A DNA stretch of 64,000 nucleotides from positions 310,001 through 374,000 of the forward strand of contig JALMLS010000420.1 of assembly GCA_038496445.1 (NCBI GenBank). The letters are read 5' to 3'. Below are positions 25,675-39,850 of this stretch, one piece after another. The first letter of the stretch is position 1, and each line of letters begins with the position of its first letter. The position numbers and the translations under genes are program-made. The notes beneath the pieces were generated by a model. The model was not told where the DNA came from. It did no database searches and worked only from the letters and a program-made list of their open reading frames with translations. The stretch is from Trichosphaerium sp. ATCC 40318. Lineage: Eukaryota; Protista; Tubulinea.

Positions 25675-27084
25675 TTATTTGAAGTTAAATCTTGACATAA
25701 TACAAACATGATCAGAAGGAAATCCGTTTGCAGGTAGACCTTTTTTTGAAAAATTGTGTTAGACAGAATAACACGTGATATTAAAGTACCTTTACCAATA
25801 GAATCACGTAGTTGTGGTAGTGTTGGTATATCCAATACACTTTGTACTGACATTTCATTACTGTTATAGAATATATGATCAACAACGTCTTGAGTTTGTC
25901 GAATATAAATTGTGCAATGATCTGTAATATTTATGGTCTCTCCAGGTTTCTCTTGACGTCTTTGTTGTAGCGCATTTATCATAAAATTATCATAAGCACT
26001 GACTATAGTATCACCAAGTGGATTAAGATGTTTTGGTATTTGATTTTTAAGAAACGCTGTAACCTTTCAGAAGGGAATTAGTTTTTATTTCTAAAAATGA
26101 TAAAGTTGTTGAATGAATACCTTGCTATTCACGCCATCATTAAAATCACCACATAAAACTACCTTTGCTTCTTTGAATTTATATTTACACCTACGCATTA
26201 ATAAAGCGTTAGACAGGCTTGAATTGCTCTTATCTGAACAATTATGAGCGTACAGTTTTGCCATTTGCATAGCCAAATACGCAATTTGTCTTGCGCGTAT
26301 TTTAGCGCCATGTGGCTGCCAAAATAAGTGACATGTACTGTAGTGTAAAATCAATAACAATGCACCATACAAAGAACCATGAAACGTACGCTACCATTAA
26401 GGTATGTGACTCATCAACAGATTTTAAAATTACAATAAGTCCATTATTTCCTGTTCTATAATCTTTACCACCTTTTTTGGCAAGGTCGTTAAAATCAACC
26501 TCCTGGCTCTAGATGACGTTACAACACGTGACTCTAATTTTGTTGTTTTTTACGCACGTGTGCAACGTAATATTTATCTGTGTTGTAGAAAATAGCCACA
26601 CCGTGACCTTTGGATGCACTCATAGCATTTACACCAAGTAAGTTATTCTTGGCAAGTTCAGGGCTGTACCACTCTAAAAAGACTGTCAGGAGCAACGCGG
26701 ATGTATTGAATGATACCTGAGTAATGGTCTACCTCTTGCAGACATCTTAGTATGTTAGTTAGAGTGAGAAAGAAACATGAAGTTTGCTGAAAACTGGTTC
26801 GATGGTATTATTGGCGTACACGATATCCGGCTTATATTCAAGTATGCGTTTCACCACTTGTATTTTACGCGAATGGAAGCGTAAATGTTCGTCTGCACAA
26901 TAGGGGTAGTATTTTTTGGTAGAGGATGCGTAACTACGCTAGTTATTGATCTGATAGGGTTGGTACTTACGTACCATAGTATATTATACGATAAAACGGT
27001 TAGGTCTGCGTCAACGTCTTAAAGGTGCTTAGAAGGCGATGGTTAACTCTTAGTACCATTGTATGTCGTAATATGCCTGTCCAT
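25675..27084 (-). CDS. Angel/CCR4/nocturnin-family EEP phosphatase/nuclease, multi-exon
   Basis: LTVLSYNIL, PDIVCLQEVD, GVAIFY, TCHLFW, VVLCGDFND, VDHIFY, GLP...FPSDH catalytic motifs. Confidence 0.9.
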
Positions 27085-27211
27085 GAGTTCTGTTGTAAAA
27101 AGTAAACGCAAATGTCAATTCTACACAAGTCAAATTATTGTGACAGGCCTGTATACGCCGTTGTATGAGTCGACAACGTTGTTTCACCAGATTATGCAGA
27201 TAATGTAGCAA

Positions 27212-29647
27212 ATGGTTCCAAGAGTGCGGTTGAGACCTTTGCTGTATCCACCAGCGCGGTGGATTCCAGATAGATTGCGTAGACCACACCGCAAGTTTAT
27301 AGTAAAAAAGATATTTAAACGGGAGCAATCGCGTAAAATGGATACTATAGCGAAGAGGTTGTCTATTTTCTTGTTTAGCGACTGGCTGAAAGTAGAATCA
27401 AAGTCTATGTACAAAGTACAAGGTGGTGATGAATTAATGCGTTGGTGCGTAGTATCTCCGTTTGAAGTCATTTATTGAATGTATGTCAGCAATAACAATA
27501 ACTTGTACCAAATATTAAAAGAAACGTACCCAAACGCGCCTACAGATCACAGGTACGCTAAAAACAATACCTTTTGTTCAAGAAAAAAATACCAAACCGA
27601 TTCTGGATACAAACTCACTGAAAACAAGGCGTATAGCCTCAATAGGCTTCTGGGATAGTATGAATAACATTCATCATCGATTTTCAGAGATCGCCGAAGA
27701 TTTAGGCGTGAAGATGCTCTCTGATTGGTATGACATTTCCAAAAAGCGCTTATTTCAAGAATCTGTTAGAGGGATAACGGCAAGGTACACTTTTTCACTC
27801 TGTTTATTCAGTGACTAACTGACATTATTTTTTGGATTAGATTCTACAGTGAGATGCTTTCTGAAGTCTTCAAAGGAATATATCCCAATTATCCTTGGAA
27901 ACCATGGAAGTTTAGGTATGATATCTAATCTATTGCAATAACAGTTGCATTGTCAAAACGTTTGTTCTGTTTTTTTGAAATCACGTGTTGGCTGAAGACA
28001 TTTTTCTACAAATATTAAAAGATCTTGTTGTTCAAATTGATGGATGTGGTCATGTGTTACTACTACTGTCGCAGTTGCTTACGGAACTGTTATTTTGTAG
28101 GAACTCTCCTGGAGGTTATTGGTTAAGTTTAGAGAACGTATATCTTGCAATTAATGATTTGGCAAAAAGCCTTGATGTAAAGGACGTATCAGGATGTTAT
28201 GGTATAACATTCCGAGAATTTCATGATTTTGGGCTCGGGGGATTAGTTAATAGGTACGCGCATATCACTCAGACATAGTTCGGAAGACTACACCTTTTTG
28301 TTTTTGTTTTATTCTCTCAAGTATTAACTTTGAAAAAAGGTACAAAAACTCAGTGGCTGGTTTATTTTTAGCAGTTTTTCCTCATTATGAATGGAAAAAA
28401 CATCTCTTCACGTACGCCAAACAAACAAATTCAGTCATTTGCTGTTGGAGTTTTAAATGCCTTGTTTTTTTGATTTACAATGAAACATTTTCAAGTGTTG
28501 AACTTTTCCTTGATTGTTTTATTTTAGGCAGGCACCAAGAAGAGTTGATGCATATCCTTCAGGGTATTGGCACAAGATTGAAAATCAACGTAATTTTTTA
28601 TTAAAGGCTCAACAGCGCCTTGGTATTCGTTCTCCAGAAATGTGGTACGTTCCTGATTTTACTGCTAGTTTTCTTCATTCTTTTCTCAATTCCTCAAGGT
28701 ATCGTGTATCTAGAGAACAACTATGCGGTGATTTCCTTTGTGGTATGACAACTTACTTCCCATATGCGTTACAGCATGTGTACCCTGATATAAAGTGGAA
28801 TTGGCGGCGCTTTTCGATTGATTTGAAGCGTGCAAGGCAAAGGTACATGCTCAATTTTGAACGTCTTGCCTGTTTGTACTGATTAGAGATCCTCTAGAGA
28901 GTTAAGAATGTTGGTACAGAAAATTTTTCCTAATTTGAAGGTTACAGAGGAGCATCGCGGATCTGATAGTGGTGATCATTCTATCACATTAGATGTTTTT
29001 ATAAGCGATATAATGCTTGCTTTTGAATACCAAGGTATGTAATATTTAGGAAATTTTCCTGATGCAATTTTTTATCGTCACGTGACATTACGCGTGATTT
29101 TTTTTATTGCAAAAATAAGGGTTTTTTCTTGTAGGTCAGCATCACTACACAGACGCATACAAGTATGCTGTACCTTCGGATATGTACAAGGCAAAGGATG
29201 TTTTGAAAACACACCGTTGCATGAAAATGGGTGAGTCTTTTTTTTGTTTTTGAAGTTGTTGTTCAAAAATAGAACTCTACGAGTTTGCTTTGTCTCCTAT
29301 GACTTCGAAACTATTTGAATTTACATACTATGTATTCAGTCATGGTTAATGGGTATTTTAAGGCGTAACAGTGGTACCTGTACCGTATTGGTGGAAAGGT
29401 GATAGAAAGACAATACTTCAGTTGATTAATTATTACGCACCACACATTAATCTAAAAGAGCGTGTTATGTTACCAAAAATTCCAATATCAGAGTTAAAAC
29501 CAGACGTGTATGGCGATGGTACGTACCTTTTAGTCCGGACGGAAGACAAAAGTTGCCTGTTTTTTTTGTTCCATGCTTTTTACTTACTTTTTCAATTTAG
29601 AGGATGATATAATTATGTCACCTGCTCCAGTAAATATTACTGCTTAG
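27212..29647 (+). CDS. Tandem-repeat protein with C-terminal PD-(D/E)XK (RAP/DUF559-like) nuclease domain, multi-exon
   Basis: About four repeats of GxW...N....L...Lxi....DWY...P.Y.W...F; C-terminal LDVFISDIMLAFEYQG-QHHY...VPVPYWW; Arg-rich N-terminus. Confidence 0.75.
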
Positions 29648-29912
29648 TGATGCGACATATTTTTCCGTGCGCCGATCATTTTTTGTGCTTGTGTAGGAAA
29701 CTTCAAGGTGATTTTTTTCTGACGCAATAAATAAACCCAATGTACTTTTACAAACATATTGTTGACGATCGTACGCCAATTAAATTTAAAGTTGAACTAG
29801 AAGTAACAATAAGCCTTTTTTGAATACGAAACTCCGTCGGAGATGATGACGCTCGCGACACTTTCTATTTTACTCCCGACATAAACACCAATTACACTTT
29901 ATTGATTAAATT

Positions 29913-31404
29913 ATGACTGAGATAATTGGAAATAGTACTGGAGCGAATATTACAGCCCTAGAAGATAATGGTGAGGGATTATCAAGTACTCAAGTAACAG
30001 TTCTTGATACTCTTATCATCATACTTGCTATTACTTCAATGTTTGCTCAACTATTCATCATAACAAATTATGCTTTTTTCCCGCGATTACGCGGCGCTGT
30101 AGGTCGCTTAGTAGTCGCTATGGCCGCTAGTAATTTTTGTTTAGCGATTACCTTGGTACGCCAATACTTCTTATCACGTGACAACCTTTTTATGGATTCC
30201 TTTAGCTTGTTGGTTTACCCTCATTTAAAAACAGTATTCTTACTTCTGAACCACTTTGTACTGCGCAAGTAAGTGGCTTGTTCCCCGTAATCGCTTTCAT
30301 AACTTCTAAATCATTGTAGGGAACCTTTAATCAATTTTTTTCGGTCCAAGGCGGAGTGTGGCCACCGTTTATTTCGATTGCACTTTATCTCTTTGTTACA
30401 AAGTAAGTTCTTTAGTTCGTTCTTCGAACTGATGGTTTTCAGAGGAAAAGAGGCGGGTGTCATGGCTTCAAACGTTCTGTTGGTAATAGGATATACTCTT
30501 GCAGCATTCAATACTGCTATACCTCTAATCTTAAAGGTATATGGAACAGCTGGACAATGGTGCGTTGTTTTTTAAGCATAGTATCATTTCATCTTTATTA
30601 AAACGCAAAAGGTGTTGGATAAGTGGTGAGAAACTTGGTGGAAACTATAGAATGATATTCTACTACGCTCAAATATGGATTTTGTGGATTGTTTGTGTTA
30701 CAATGTGAGCCTATAAATGTACTATAACGAAATGTTAATTAATGTTGTTAGGTATGTGATGACATGGTCATTTTATCGGAATGTTGTTGTTACAACTGAA
30801 CAAGGAACACATACTTTCAAAGTAAAGACAAAAGCTGTACGTAAATTCAGTTTCAGAATAGTGGAGACGTTCTAACCTAACAATTATTTCTAGATCAAAA
30901 AATTCATATACTATCCACTTGTGTTCATTATTATTTTTATTGGACCCTCATTATTCCGAGTGTGGACACTCATTGAACCACATCCAGCACAAACGCGATT
31001 ATTTATATTAATACTATTCCATCATGTATGTTTTACTGGTATGGGTATCATAAATGCCGTCAGTACGTTCTGAATAGCAAAAACTGCAAAGAGCTTATAT
31101 GCTAATCTGCCTTTTTTTACTAGTTTACGGCATCAATGAGAGTGTGGTGAAGGAATGGAAAAAGATACTAGGAACACAACGTGAAAACTCTACTATTGTT
31201 CTAGAAGCTACCAAAGTAGAGGGAGCGGCGAGAACAGTATCACAAATAGAAGATGAATCAAGTGAAGGTGGAACAAAGCGTAAAACTGGGGAATCATCTG
31301 AAAGCAAAGAAGGCAACTCAATAGCCTCTAGTATTTCAGATTCATCTTCTAGTAATAGCATAGGGATGTCTGACGCACTAACAGATACTTCTACCTCTGA
31401 ATAA
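29913..31404 (+). CDS. cAMP-receptor-like (cAR/Crl) 7TM GPCR, multi-exon
   Basis: TM1 then RLRGAVGRLVVAMAASN; YGTAGQWCWI; IYYPLVFII; INA-VYG; Ser/Glu-rich tail. Confidence 0.85.
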
Positions 31405-31496
31405 AATTGTACAAAAAATAAACAAAAAATATTTAATCTTGGTTTACGGACGAACATAAATACTTATTAAGATAATTCTTTGTCTTGTGTAAAAGC

Positions 31497-32737
31497 CTAA
31501 TTTCTTACTGGGACAATAATTGAATCCTTGCCGCATTTGCCTCTGGTGTAATCTAAATATAAATTAAGTAAAATAAAAAAGTAAAAATAGAAACATTGCA
31601 TACTGCATTGGCACATTGCATAGGAAAACCAACATAGAAAAAAGGTGTAGGTATGACAGGTATAGGGAAAAGGGGGGTACTAATCTGTGTTCTACCTTAA
31701 TAAAAGTCTCAAAAAAGAATGTAGAACCAATAAACATAATAAGAAGGACTTTAAACCATAAAATAATACTATACCTGTAGCCCTATTAAGCGTACGTGCT
31801 ATCAGCATGCCTCCGTCATTCTGTGATAGCAATAAATTGGAATCATCTAGTCTGTTAAGCAGATGTACACCTCGTATTGCGTTTCCAAGTTGTGGAAGTA
31901 ATGATAAATCAATAACGCAACGGTCTGTCAGCGTAGATGTTTCTAATTCCAAAACAGTTGTACTAAAACTGGAACTTGTGAACCTAGCTAAATATGTTGT
32001 ATCACCTTCAATCCGCACTAAAACAATAAGTGTTGTTGATGAGACATATATATAAACTCATCCATGTTCATTTTTGGAAAGAATCAAAATGACAACGGAA
32101 TAGAAAAAGAAGGCGAGAACAAAATTGTTTTCGCGTACTTCCCATAATACTCTCTGTCAATGCACAAGTTGATAATGGACCAGATATACAATCGTTGGGG
32201 TTTGTGATATCCAAGCTGTATCTACTTACAACAAGAGGACCCCTAGCTCCAGCCCAAAAGTTTGTTTCATCAATGAATTGACCAAAGTCTATCTCTTCAG
32301 GTACAGTATCAAAGCAAATCTCAGTATTATCTAATCTTCTGACAGATATTTGTGTAGAAAATCCCCTTAACTTGTAGACAATAGCGATAAACTGGCCATC
32401 TAGCGAAGGTACTAAACAGGTAACTCAACAAAAATCCGTAAGTCAAAAAAAACCAACGAAGCGTACTAACTGAGATGGACCCAACAACATTAGGGACAAA
32501 AAAAAACTGAGCAGTCACACCTGTAGATGTCAAACCTAAAATCACGTGAACAAACAAAAGTAGGTCGCGAACGCATTCACCATTAAACTCCGAGTCTGTT
32601 GAGAATATTTCTGTATCAATAGTGTTTGTGTTTTCATTAAACCCAATAAATAAGAACCTAGAATCTGCTTGGCAGATACAAGTCGATACAAGCGCTGAGA
32701 TTGTTATTATTGCGGTAATTAAAAGGCTGTTGTGCAT
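31497..32737 (-). CDS. Hypothetical secreted protein, multi-exon
   Basis: Signal-like MHNSLLITAIITISALVSTCICQA and several open exons with splice signals; 3' end approximate. Confidence 0.55.
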
Positions 32738-32883
32738 CGAGAGATAAAGCTTTTTGGAAATCAGTCAACAAGGTTCTATTAAATGTTGAGAACCTTAAAT
32801 GCATTCAATGAATCCAATCCTCGAGACTTCTCATCTAACTTATCGTTACAGTTTGGGCGTTCTAATCACACTGGTAGCTAACG

Positions 32884-33385
32884 CTTGTTGGATATGCCGG
32901 TTGAGATTTTATCACGTATTTTACAACAAGCTTCGAAAATACAATGTCATCTTTTTTCTTCTATCACTCACGACATTATTGGACACTGTCGTGTCACATT
33001 AACAACGATTGAACAACCCAAAGAAATTGTGCAACAGCATGGCATTATGAAGCACAAGGATTAGGTTGGCTTACACATTATGAAGAGTTTCAGTTTGATT
33101 ATCTTCTGGAACAATTTAAAGATTCATACAATCATGCTTTGTGACTCTCAGGTGAGCACAATCGCGATCTACAATGGTGAACATTTACGACTGTGGAATC
33201 AAAGCATTTACCAATGTCAAATACCTACATCTTGTTTGTTGCATGAGCATGACAACGGACTCAAGTTTGAAGACATTGGTTAGTCAACCTCGAACAACTT
33301 GAACTGACTAGGTGTCCTATGAAACATGTTGTAGTATGTTGTTGTCCCCAGGTCACAGAAGGGGCTTTAAAGTCATTGGTATTAA
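32884..33385 (+). pseudogene. Decayed F-box/LRR copy
   Basis: LLDMPVEILSRILQQ...HDIIGHCRV aligns to the N-terminus of 46663. Later LRR remnants (CCPQVTEGALKSL) contain stops and frameshifts. Confidence 0.65.
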
Positions 33386-33617
33386 ATTTTATTGTACGAA
33401 AGAAAAACAACAATGCTGTTAAGTTTGACGCTTTAAGCTGCAGTCTTGCACGTGATTAGAAGCTGTAACAACTCCTTCATGACATAAGGAATAGACACCA
33501 TTATTAATTTGCTTTTAACTGACCTTCGGCTGGATAAGTCCAAGACATTCTGACATTTATTGTCTGTTTGTTGAAATCTTGTCCCATCGTGGCTGTTAAT
33601 GTTAATTGATCACCACT

Positions 33618-36600
33618 ATGGATGACGAGTTGAACGAAGCTAAATCTAGGGTAATAGTAAACTAATTGGTTAGAAAGCCAATTTCGCTTATTTTGTCAGG
33701 GCCCTGCGAGCGCTAAAGCGAATACAATCAATCTTTCTGGGTTTAGAGCGCTGCAAAATGGTATAGTACAAATTTGTTAAAATAGAGCTCACCGCGCATA
33801 GACGAAGCTGTTGAATTCGCATCGACAAGTTCAATGGATTCTACGCAATCAATGCGTTTAGATTATACGAAGAACTCGTCGTACGCACCAATCGTCATTA
33901 CTACGCCCAAATAACTATTTTATTATATTAGAAGCGTATCTAAACGCCAGAAAAAATCAACAGTACGCAAACGCCAACTAACTGCCTCTTTTATCATTAA
34001 CGTGAAGTAGTCTAAACTGAGACGTACTTACAGCGAAACTGAGAGAAAAATCAGGAGCAAACTCCGATCAAAGTAACTAAAACGTCACAAACGTCATAAA
34101 ACTAATCATTGTAGACACTCTACTACGCGTGGAACCTTTGTTGATGTTGACATAACACGCGTGGACAGAACAGAAGGCAACTCTTCAACATCTCCAAGAT
34201 CGCCTCGATCACGTCTTTCTCCACGGTCTCCATCGTCTAGCAATGATTCTAAGGAATCAAAGAAATCTTTAAAACGAACACTTTCAAAAGCGCGATTGAT
34301 GCGTCTCATACGCCCTACAGGCTCAACACGCAACCGTCAAGGTGATACTTAAAGTAGAAGTTGCTTGTTCTGACCTTTCAAAGCACGTGTAGAAAAAAAA
34401 CTTCAGAGGACTCATATCATCGAAGAAATCATTGAAACGGAACGTAGCTATGTTAAATCTCTCCAAATAGTTCTCAAGTTATTCTATAAACCATTACAAA
34501 CTTCTTCAAGCTCGGTACGCCTTCAGTAGTCTTAAAGTTAGTGAGTCTAACTAAATTCGCTGATCTTTATTCTTCCAAAAAAGGAAACCCCTCTTATGGC
34601 TGCTGATAAAGTTAAATATGTATTCTCTGAGCTTCATTCTATTTTGAAGCTCAACGTAGAATTCCTTGGTGATTTAGAAGTACAACTACAAAAAAAGAAC
34701 GGAACAATAGGTGATGCTTTTGAACGCTTTGTTAGAAAGGTATCAATTCACTTGTCATCATTTGTTTACTTTTTTTCAACACGTGGTTTCTGTGAAATAT
34801 AACTTGTATTTAGGCAGCACATATGCGTGTATATTCACAGTATATAAACAAGTTTGATGAAATAGTTGATGTACTTAAACGCGAGGAATCAGCTAGCGAA
34901 TCTTTTGCATTTTTTTTAAGAGTATGTTTTATTTATAAATATTCATGCTCCTCGAATAATATTATTAGAGAGCCAGTAAGCATCCTGATGCTGATTATAG
35001 AGACATATCAGATTTTTTAATAATGCCAGTTCAACGTATGTTGTGTTTTTTGTTGTACAACGTTAGACTCACAACGTCGTTCATAGGTATTCCACGGTAT
35101 GAGATGCTCTTAAAGGTATTAGCTTTATTCACTTTCATTCAAGTTGACATGTTCTTTAAAGGAATTGGTGAAGAGTACGCCTTCACATCATTCGGATAGA
35201 TCTAGCCTTACCAATGCGCTTGCAATGATAAGTGCTACTGCTATGAGGATAAATCAGAACAAGAACGAAAATGTAAGTTCTATAGCCAATTGTCTGCTTT
35301 TGCTTAAAATTTTAGGTTGCATCTGAAAAAGTGATAAAGTTGCAACTCTTGATTGGAGATAAAATGAGTATTATTCAACCACACAGGCATAATGAGTTGT
35401 TTAATGTTTAGATACTTATATTAGTCCTTTAGACGGCTTATACTACAAGCTGAAATTGTTGTACATACAGAAGTACCTTCGTGGAAAGTAAAACAAAGGC
35501 TTACTTGCATATTTCTATTTAACGATGCATTAATGTTCACACAACGCAAAGGCATTAAAGACTCTAAAACAGGGATATCAAACAACCCATTAAACTCTTT
35601 AACGTGAGTATATAACATCAAGTTAAAAAGCAAAAAAGCCATTACCCAACTAACTCTCATTTGTTAAAGTGCGTTGGATGTTCTGGAATTCTTTCCTCTG
35701 ACAGAACTTTTCGATCTTACTATTTTACGGGATACGTTGGAAGGTATGATTCTTTGATACTACCTGTACCTGTATGCTGATCGATTTAGTTCCCTGTGGG
35801 CTACTACTGGGGTTTTTTGATGTTGAATTTCGATTGTTTTTTTCAAGCGAGAAACAAGTCATTCAATGGCGTGATAATATCTTAGACTGCTTAAATACCA
35901 ATGTTGTTCGTGCTAATATGTTCAATAAGAACAAGTACTATAGAGATAAGATACGTGAATACAAAGAGGAACAAGCTGCTGAAGCACGTGATGCTGCAAG
36001 AAAGTCAAAGGGAAGATTATCACGCCGTTTTTCGTAAGTCAACAAAACTAGCTTGAACTCAACAAACTAAAACAAACCTTTTAGCTTGAGCAGTTCTAAA
36101 AGTGAAAAGAAACGATCTCCATCTTCTCCACCTATTTCACCTACTCTACAACTGAAGCGTAGAAACCAATCTAGTACGTTATCTCGACCTTCTTTCGATG
36201 CCTTACCGCCACCTTCTAGCGGCAGCGGGACATAGTATAAGTGGATGGAAATTACCAAATCTAAAGGACTTAATACAAGCTGATACTGCTCTTGGCGAGT
36301 GCTTAACAGCAAGTTACGAAGCTGCAGGAAATGCTATATTATACTGGTCAACAATTAACAGTATACCATGTACTATGGTGCAGAAGAAGATAACACCAAG
36401 AAAGCGCATTGCCAAGAACCTTCCAATGCTTAAACGATCTCAGACTTTTGAACCATCTACAACACCTCCTCGCTCAAACAAGAAAAAGAGGATTAGTTTT
36501 ACAAAGAATATAGGCTCTCTTACTAGGAGTAAGTCAATGGAGCCTTTTAGGTCCCTTTGGGGACCAAAGGAAAGAAGTACTAGTAAAGGTACAGCAAATA

Positions 36601-36935
36601 AGAAAAAACAAGGATCACAGTCAGCAAGACTATCAACTCTCAAGTATTCTTCACCACTTCCTTTAATTAAGGAAAAGAAGAAGGAAAACGACTTGAGCAA
36701 TATTCACGATGAGCACATGCTTTCACGAAAGTACTACTTCAGTAAACAGGTATGAAACAATAACAATTATCTCTTCATCCGTTTGTCTTTTCTCATATTT
36801 TTCTAACTTTAGGAGCATGCTCGTGTGGATTTTACTATTGTTTCTTTTCGTGACAAGTTAAGGAGATGTCCTCCACCTTCACCTGCTGTAAGAGATAGAG
36901 CATTATCAGTATTAGTTAAAGAAGGAATACTCTGA
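33618..36935 (+). CDS. DH-PH RhoGEF, multi-exon
   Basis: IIEEIIETERSYVKSLQIV, IMPVQRIPRYEMLLKELVKSTP, IFLFNDALMF; basic Ser-rich C-terminus. Confidence 0.92.
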
Positions 36936-37148
36936 TAATAAAACGCAAATTGTACTTTACCATTATGGAGCATTTAGTAACATTGAACCACCCAATTTAG
37001 TAAGCTGTTGCATAACTAAATTGCATCAAAACATAGCTTAGTACTACTTCCTAAAAGATTCACGACAACAACAGACAAAGTTTATTCGAAGAATCTCAAT
37101 TGTGCGCCACAATTAACTTAGTTTGCACTTCTGTTACCCTTCAACATC

Positions 37149-38113
37149 ATGGCACGAACAAAGATAACACGGAGAGGGAAAAACAAACTACCAACTAAAT
37201 CATCTGGAGATAACACAACTAAAAGATCTCTATCAACTCTTGATACTTCAGCGAGCCTTTCAACAGCGCCAAAAGCTGTGTGGATAGCTTTATTTTACAA
37301 GTGTAGTACAATAACACTTGCCAGACTTGTATGCGTCAATAAAACGTTTAAACGTATTTTACACACTCATGAGGATCTTTCTGAGAGTATTAGTACAGGT
37401 TCGTTGTTTAAACAAGTACTGGAAGCCCTAAAACCATAAAACTAGGAACCTCTGGTACTGTGTTTTCCTGGCAGTTCATCATTAACGTAATGAATGAGGT
37501 TGAGGAAGCGCCAGAACAGACTTTTTTCAAAACAACCGACAATAAGCCTCAACCGTGGCTAAACAATGAATCAATCAAGGATAAATATCCTAACCTACTC
37601 TCCAAGTACATGTCATTGATTCAAAATGCAGGAAATGACACGTGGGAAGTAAAGAAAGGTTCCCAAATGAACAACCCTCCAAAACCGGGAGACAGTCCCA
37701 GTGAGGTTATATGGCCTTGCATTCAAAATAGAAAGCCTTGGAAGCGAGCGTTGACAATTCATTGGGTATCTAACAGTGGACATAACTTGTATATGTCACT
37801 TTGTGATAACGAAGGTGCACTTGGTTTTAACACAAAAAAAAAAGATGGAATTGTTATTGGGCTAGCAAATGGTTTACCTTATGTGTACAGCAGTGATGTA
37901 TGCTATATCAATGGAAGTGGGTGTATGCGGCTTTGGAATAGTATAGATTTTTGCTATGATAAGATGCCTACTGTTAAATATGCATTATCTGAGTTTGAAA
38001 GAAGTATTTTGAGATTCTTTTCTAATGATAACGGTCCATTACCATGTGATAAGATGCTCTCCAAGCACCTATTAAAAGAAATAAAGATAAAGAAAGGTGA
38101 TAAACTGGCTTAG
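37149..38113 (+). CDS. F-box-like protein, intronless, split by a 1-nt frameshift at ~37431
   Basis: TAPKAVWIALFYKCSTITLARLVCVNKTFKRIL is F-box-like. One extra A in CTAAAACC joins ORF 37149 to TIKLGTSGTVFSWQ of ORF 37460. Confidence 0.6.
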
Positions 38114-38724
38114 ACATGTCATGCTTTTAAACACTTGCACAGCTGGGTGTACTACTGACACTAATGACAATTTTTGTGTTAGTCAGATACAACTTACTTG
38201 AAGTACAGTAGTTTCAAAAATAAACTACCATGTTGCTCTAGCATGCCTGTGTAGTTAATCTGCCATTGTTTAAATAACCTTGTAGCAAATTAGCACTGTG
38301 AGAAATACAAAAACAAACAAGAGTCATCGAAGTGAGAATAGATTTACAAAACCTAAAGTGCTACTAACAGAACGTAAAAAATCGAGACACTGCATATATA
38401 TACGAAATATTTATTTATAGAATTAAACTGTCATTGTACATCGCACTTGTCAAATTGGGGCAGCAACGAGTAGCATCCTGGTCGCTCATATTTTACATTT
38501 AATTTCAAAAAGTCAACTGGCAGTCAATTCAAAGTGAAAACTCGAAACTTTTTATTTCATTTTCATAAACTCGACGAAGCTATAAAAAAAATACCTTGTA
38601 CTCGTATATGGATAGCAATAAGAAGTGCGGAAAAATAAACCTCCCAGAATTTACAATGGACTGTCGATGGATGAAATTTACCCCCGCGCTCGCTTAATAG
38701 TATAATCATATAAACACACTCAAC

Positions 38725-39548
38725 ATGTACGCAGTAACAACAACCAGAAGCTGTTTAGTAGCAATAAACCAAAACAAAACTACACGCTATCTAAAGGCTG
38801 TCCCAACGCACAAAAGGCACTATAGTACAGGTACGTTCATTAATAAGCAGTTAAAAGAATTATTCATACCAAGTTTCTAAAAACCGTTTAGAAACGAGCA
38901 AATACGACGAAAAGGAAACAAAAGATATTGTAGACAACGTTCTTCGCGTTTATAACTGTGACATCACTCCTGCTTCTTTCGCAAACTACGCGGATACTAT
39001 GGTGTTCGAAGACCCTGTAATACGCACAGTTGGTACTACTTTCCCATTTAAAACGGTTTAAGCCTAAAACTAAATCCTAGGCGCAAGGAGGTTCCAATCC
39101 GCAATGTTCTTTATGCCACTATGCTTCAAGGAGCCTCAACTTGACGTAACGAACATTGAGAGTAACACAAGCGACAAACGTACGCTACAACCGGAGAAAT
39201 CTGTTTGTTTTTTTCTGACTTTTGTGTGAAGGTACAATCGACGCTCTTCCAACTACAGACCAAGTAGTATCGTTTAACTTGAAGATGTCGTATAGACTAA
39301 GAGGTATTGGCCTCCGTCTATCACTACCAACAAAGATTTTTCTCGAACTCCAAAACGGCCAAATTGTAAGACATCACGATTGTTGGTTTGGTAGAAGAAT
39401 TTTTGGCATGTCAAGATTGAACCCTCTGTTCTATGTACGCAGCTTCGAGGGTTGGTTTTGTGGGTTCCTATTCAGCAGTAAGCGGGATAGAGTGTGGGAA
39501 CAGCAACAACAACAGAGCGGTGTTGACGCTGCTGCACCTTCAGTGTAG
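38725..39548 (+). CDS. NTF2/SnoaL-like fold protein with possible mitochondrial presequence, multi-exon
   Basis: YADTMVFEDPVIRTVG and GQIVRHHDCW are typical SnoaL-like motifs; basic/hydroxyl-rich N-terminus. Confidence 0.7.
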
Positions 39549-39850
39549 TCAATTTGGTTTCTGTTAACAAAGTATTTGTTACGCCAACAGAGAACATTTT
39601 GTTTGGCAAGATGAACTCTAACATTTGTAAATAATTCAATAAAGATAGCAACCAACTTTTATCGGATACACTTGATTCTTATGAGCAGACCTTGTTTTTG
39701 ACTAGACTCAGGCGCTAGATCGTGGTGATCGCTCTTGCTGATCTTTAAACTACTTATGTTGTGCATTAGTAGCTACCAACTTAGGCTCAAATTATCGTAA
39801 TTCAACAAGGCGACTTTGTCTAAGCTTACATTTATTCGATTTTTTTATTA

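Noticed and set aside
27184-27471. Minus-strand ORF as 5' exon of the EEP gene
   Set aside because: The plus-strand frame contains the family repeat (DWLKV...GG), so this is most likely antisense.
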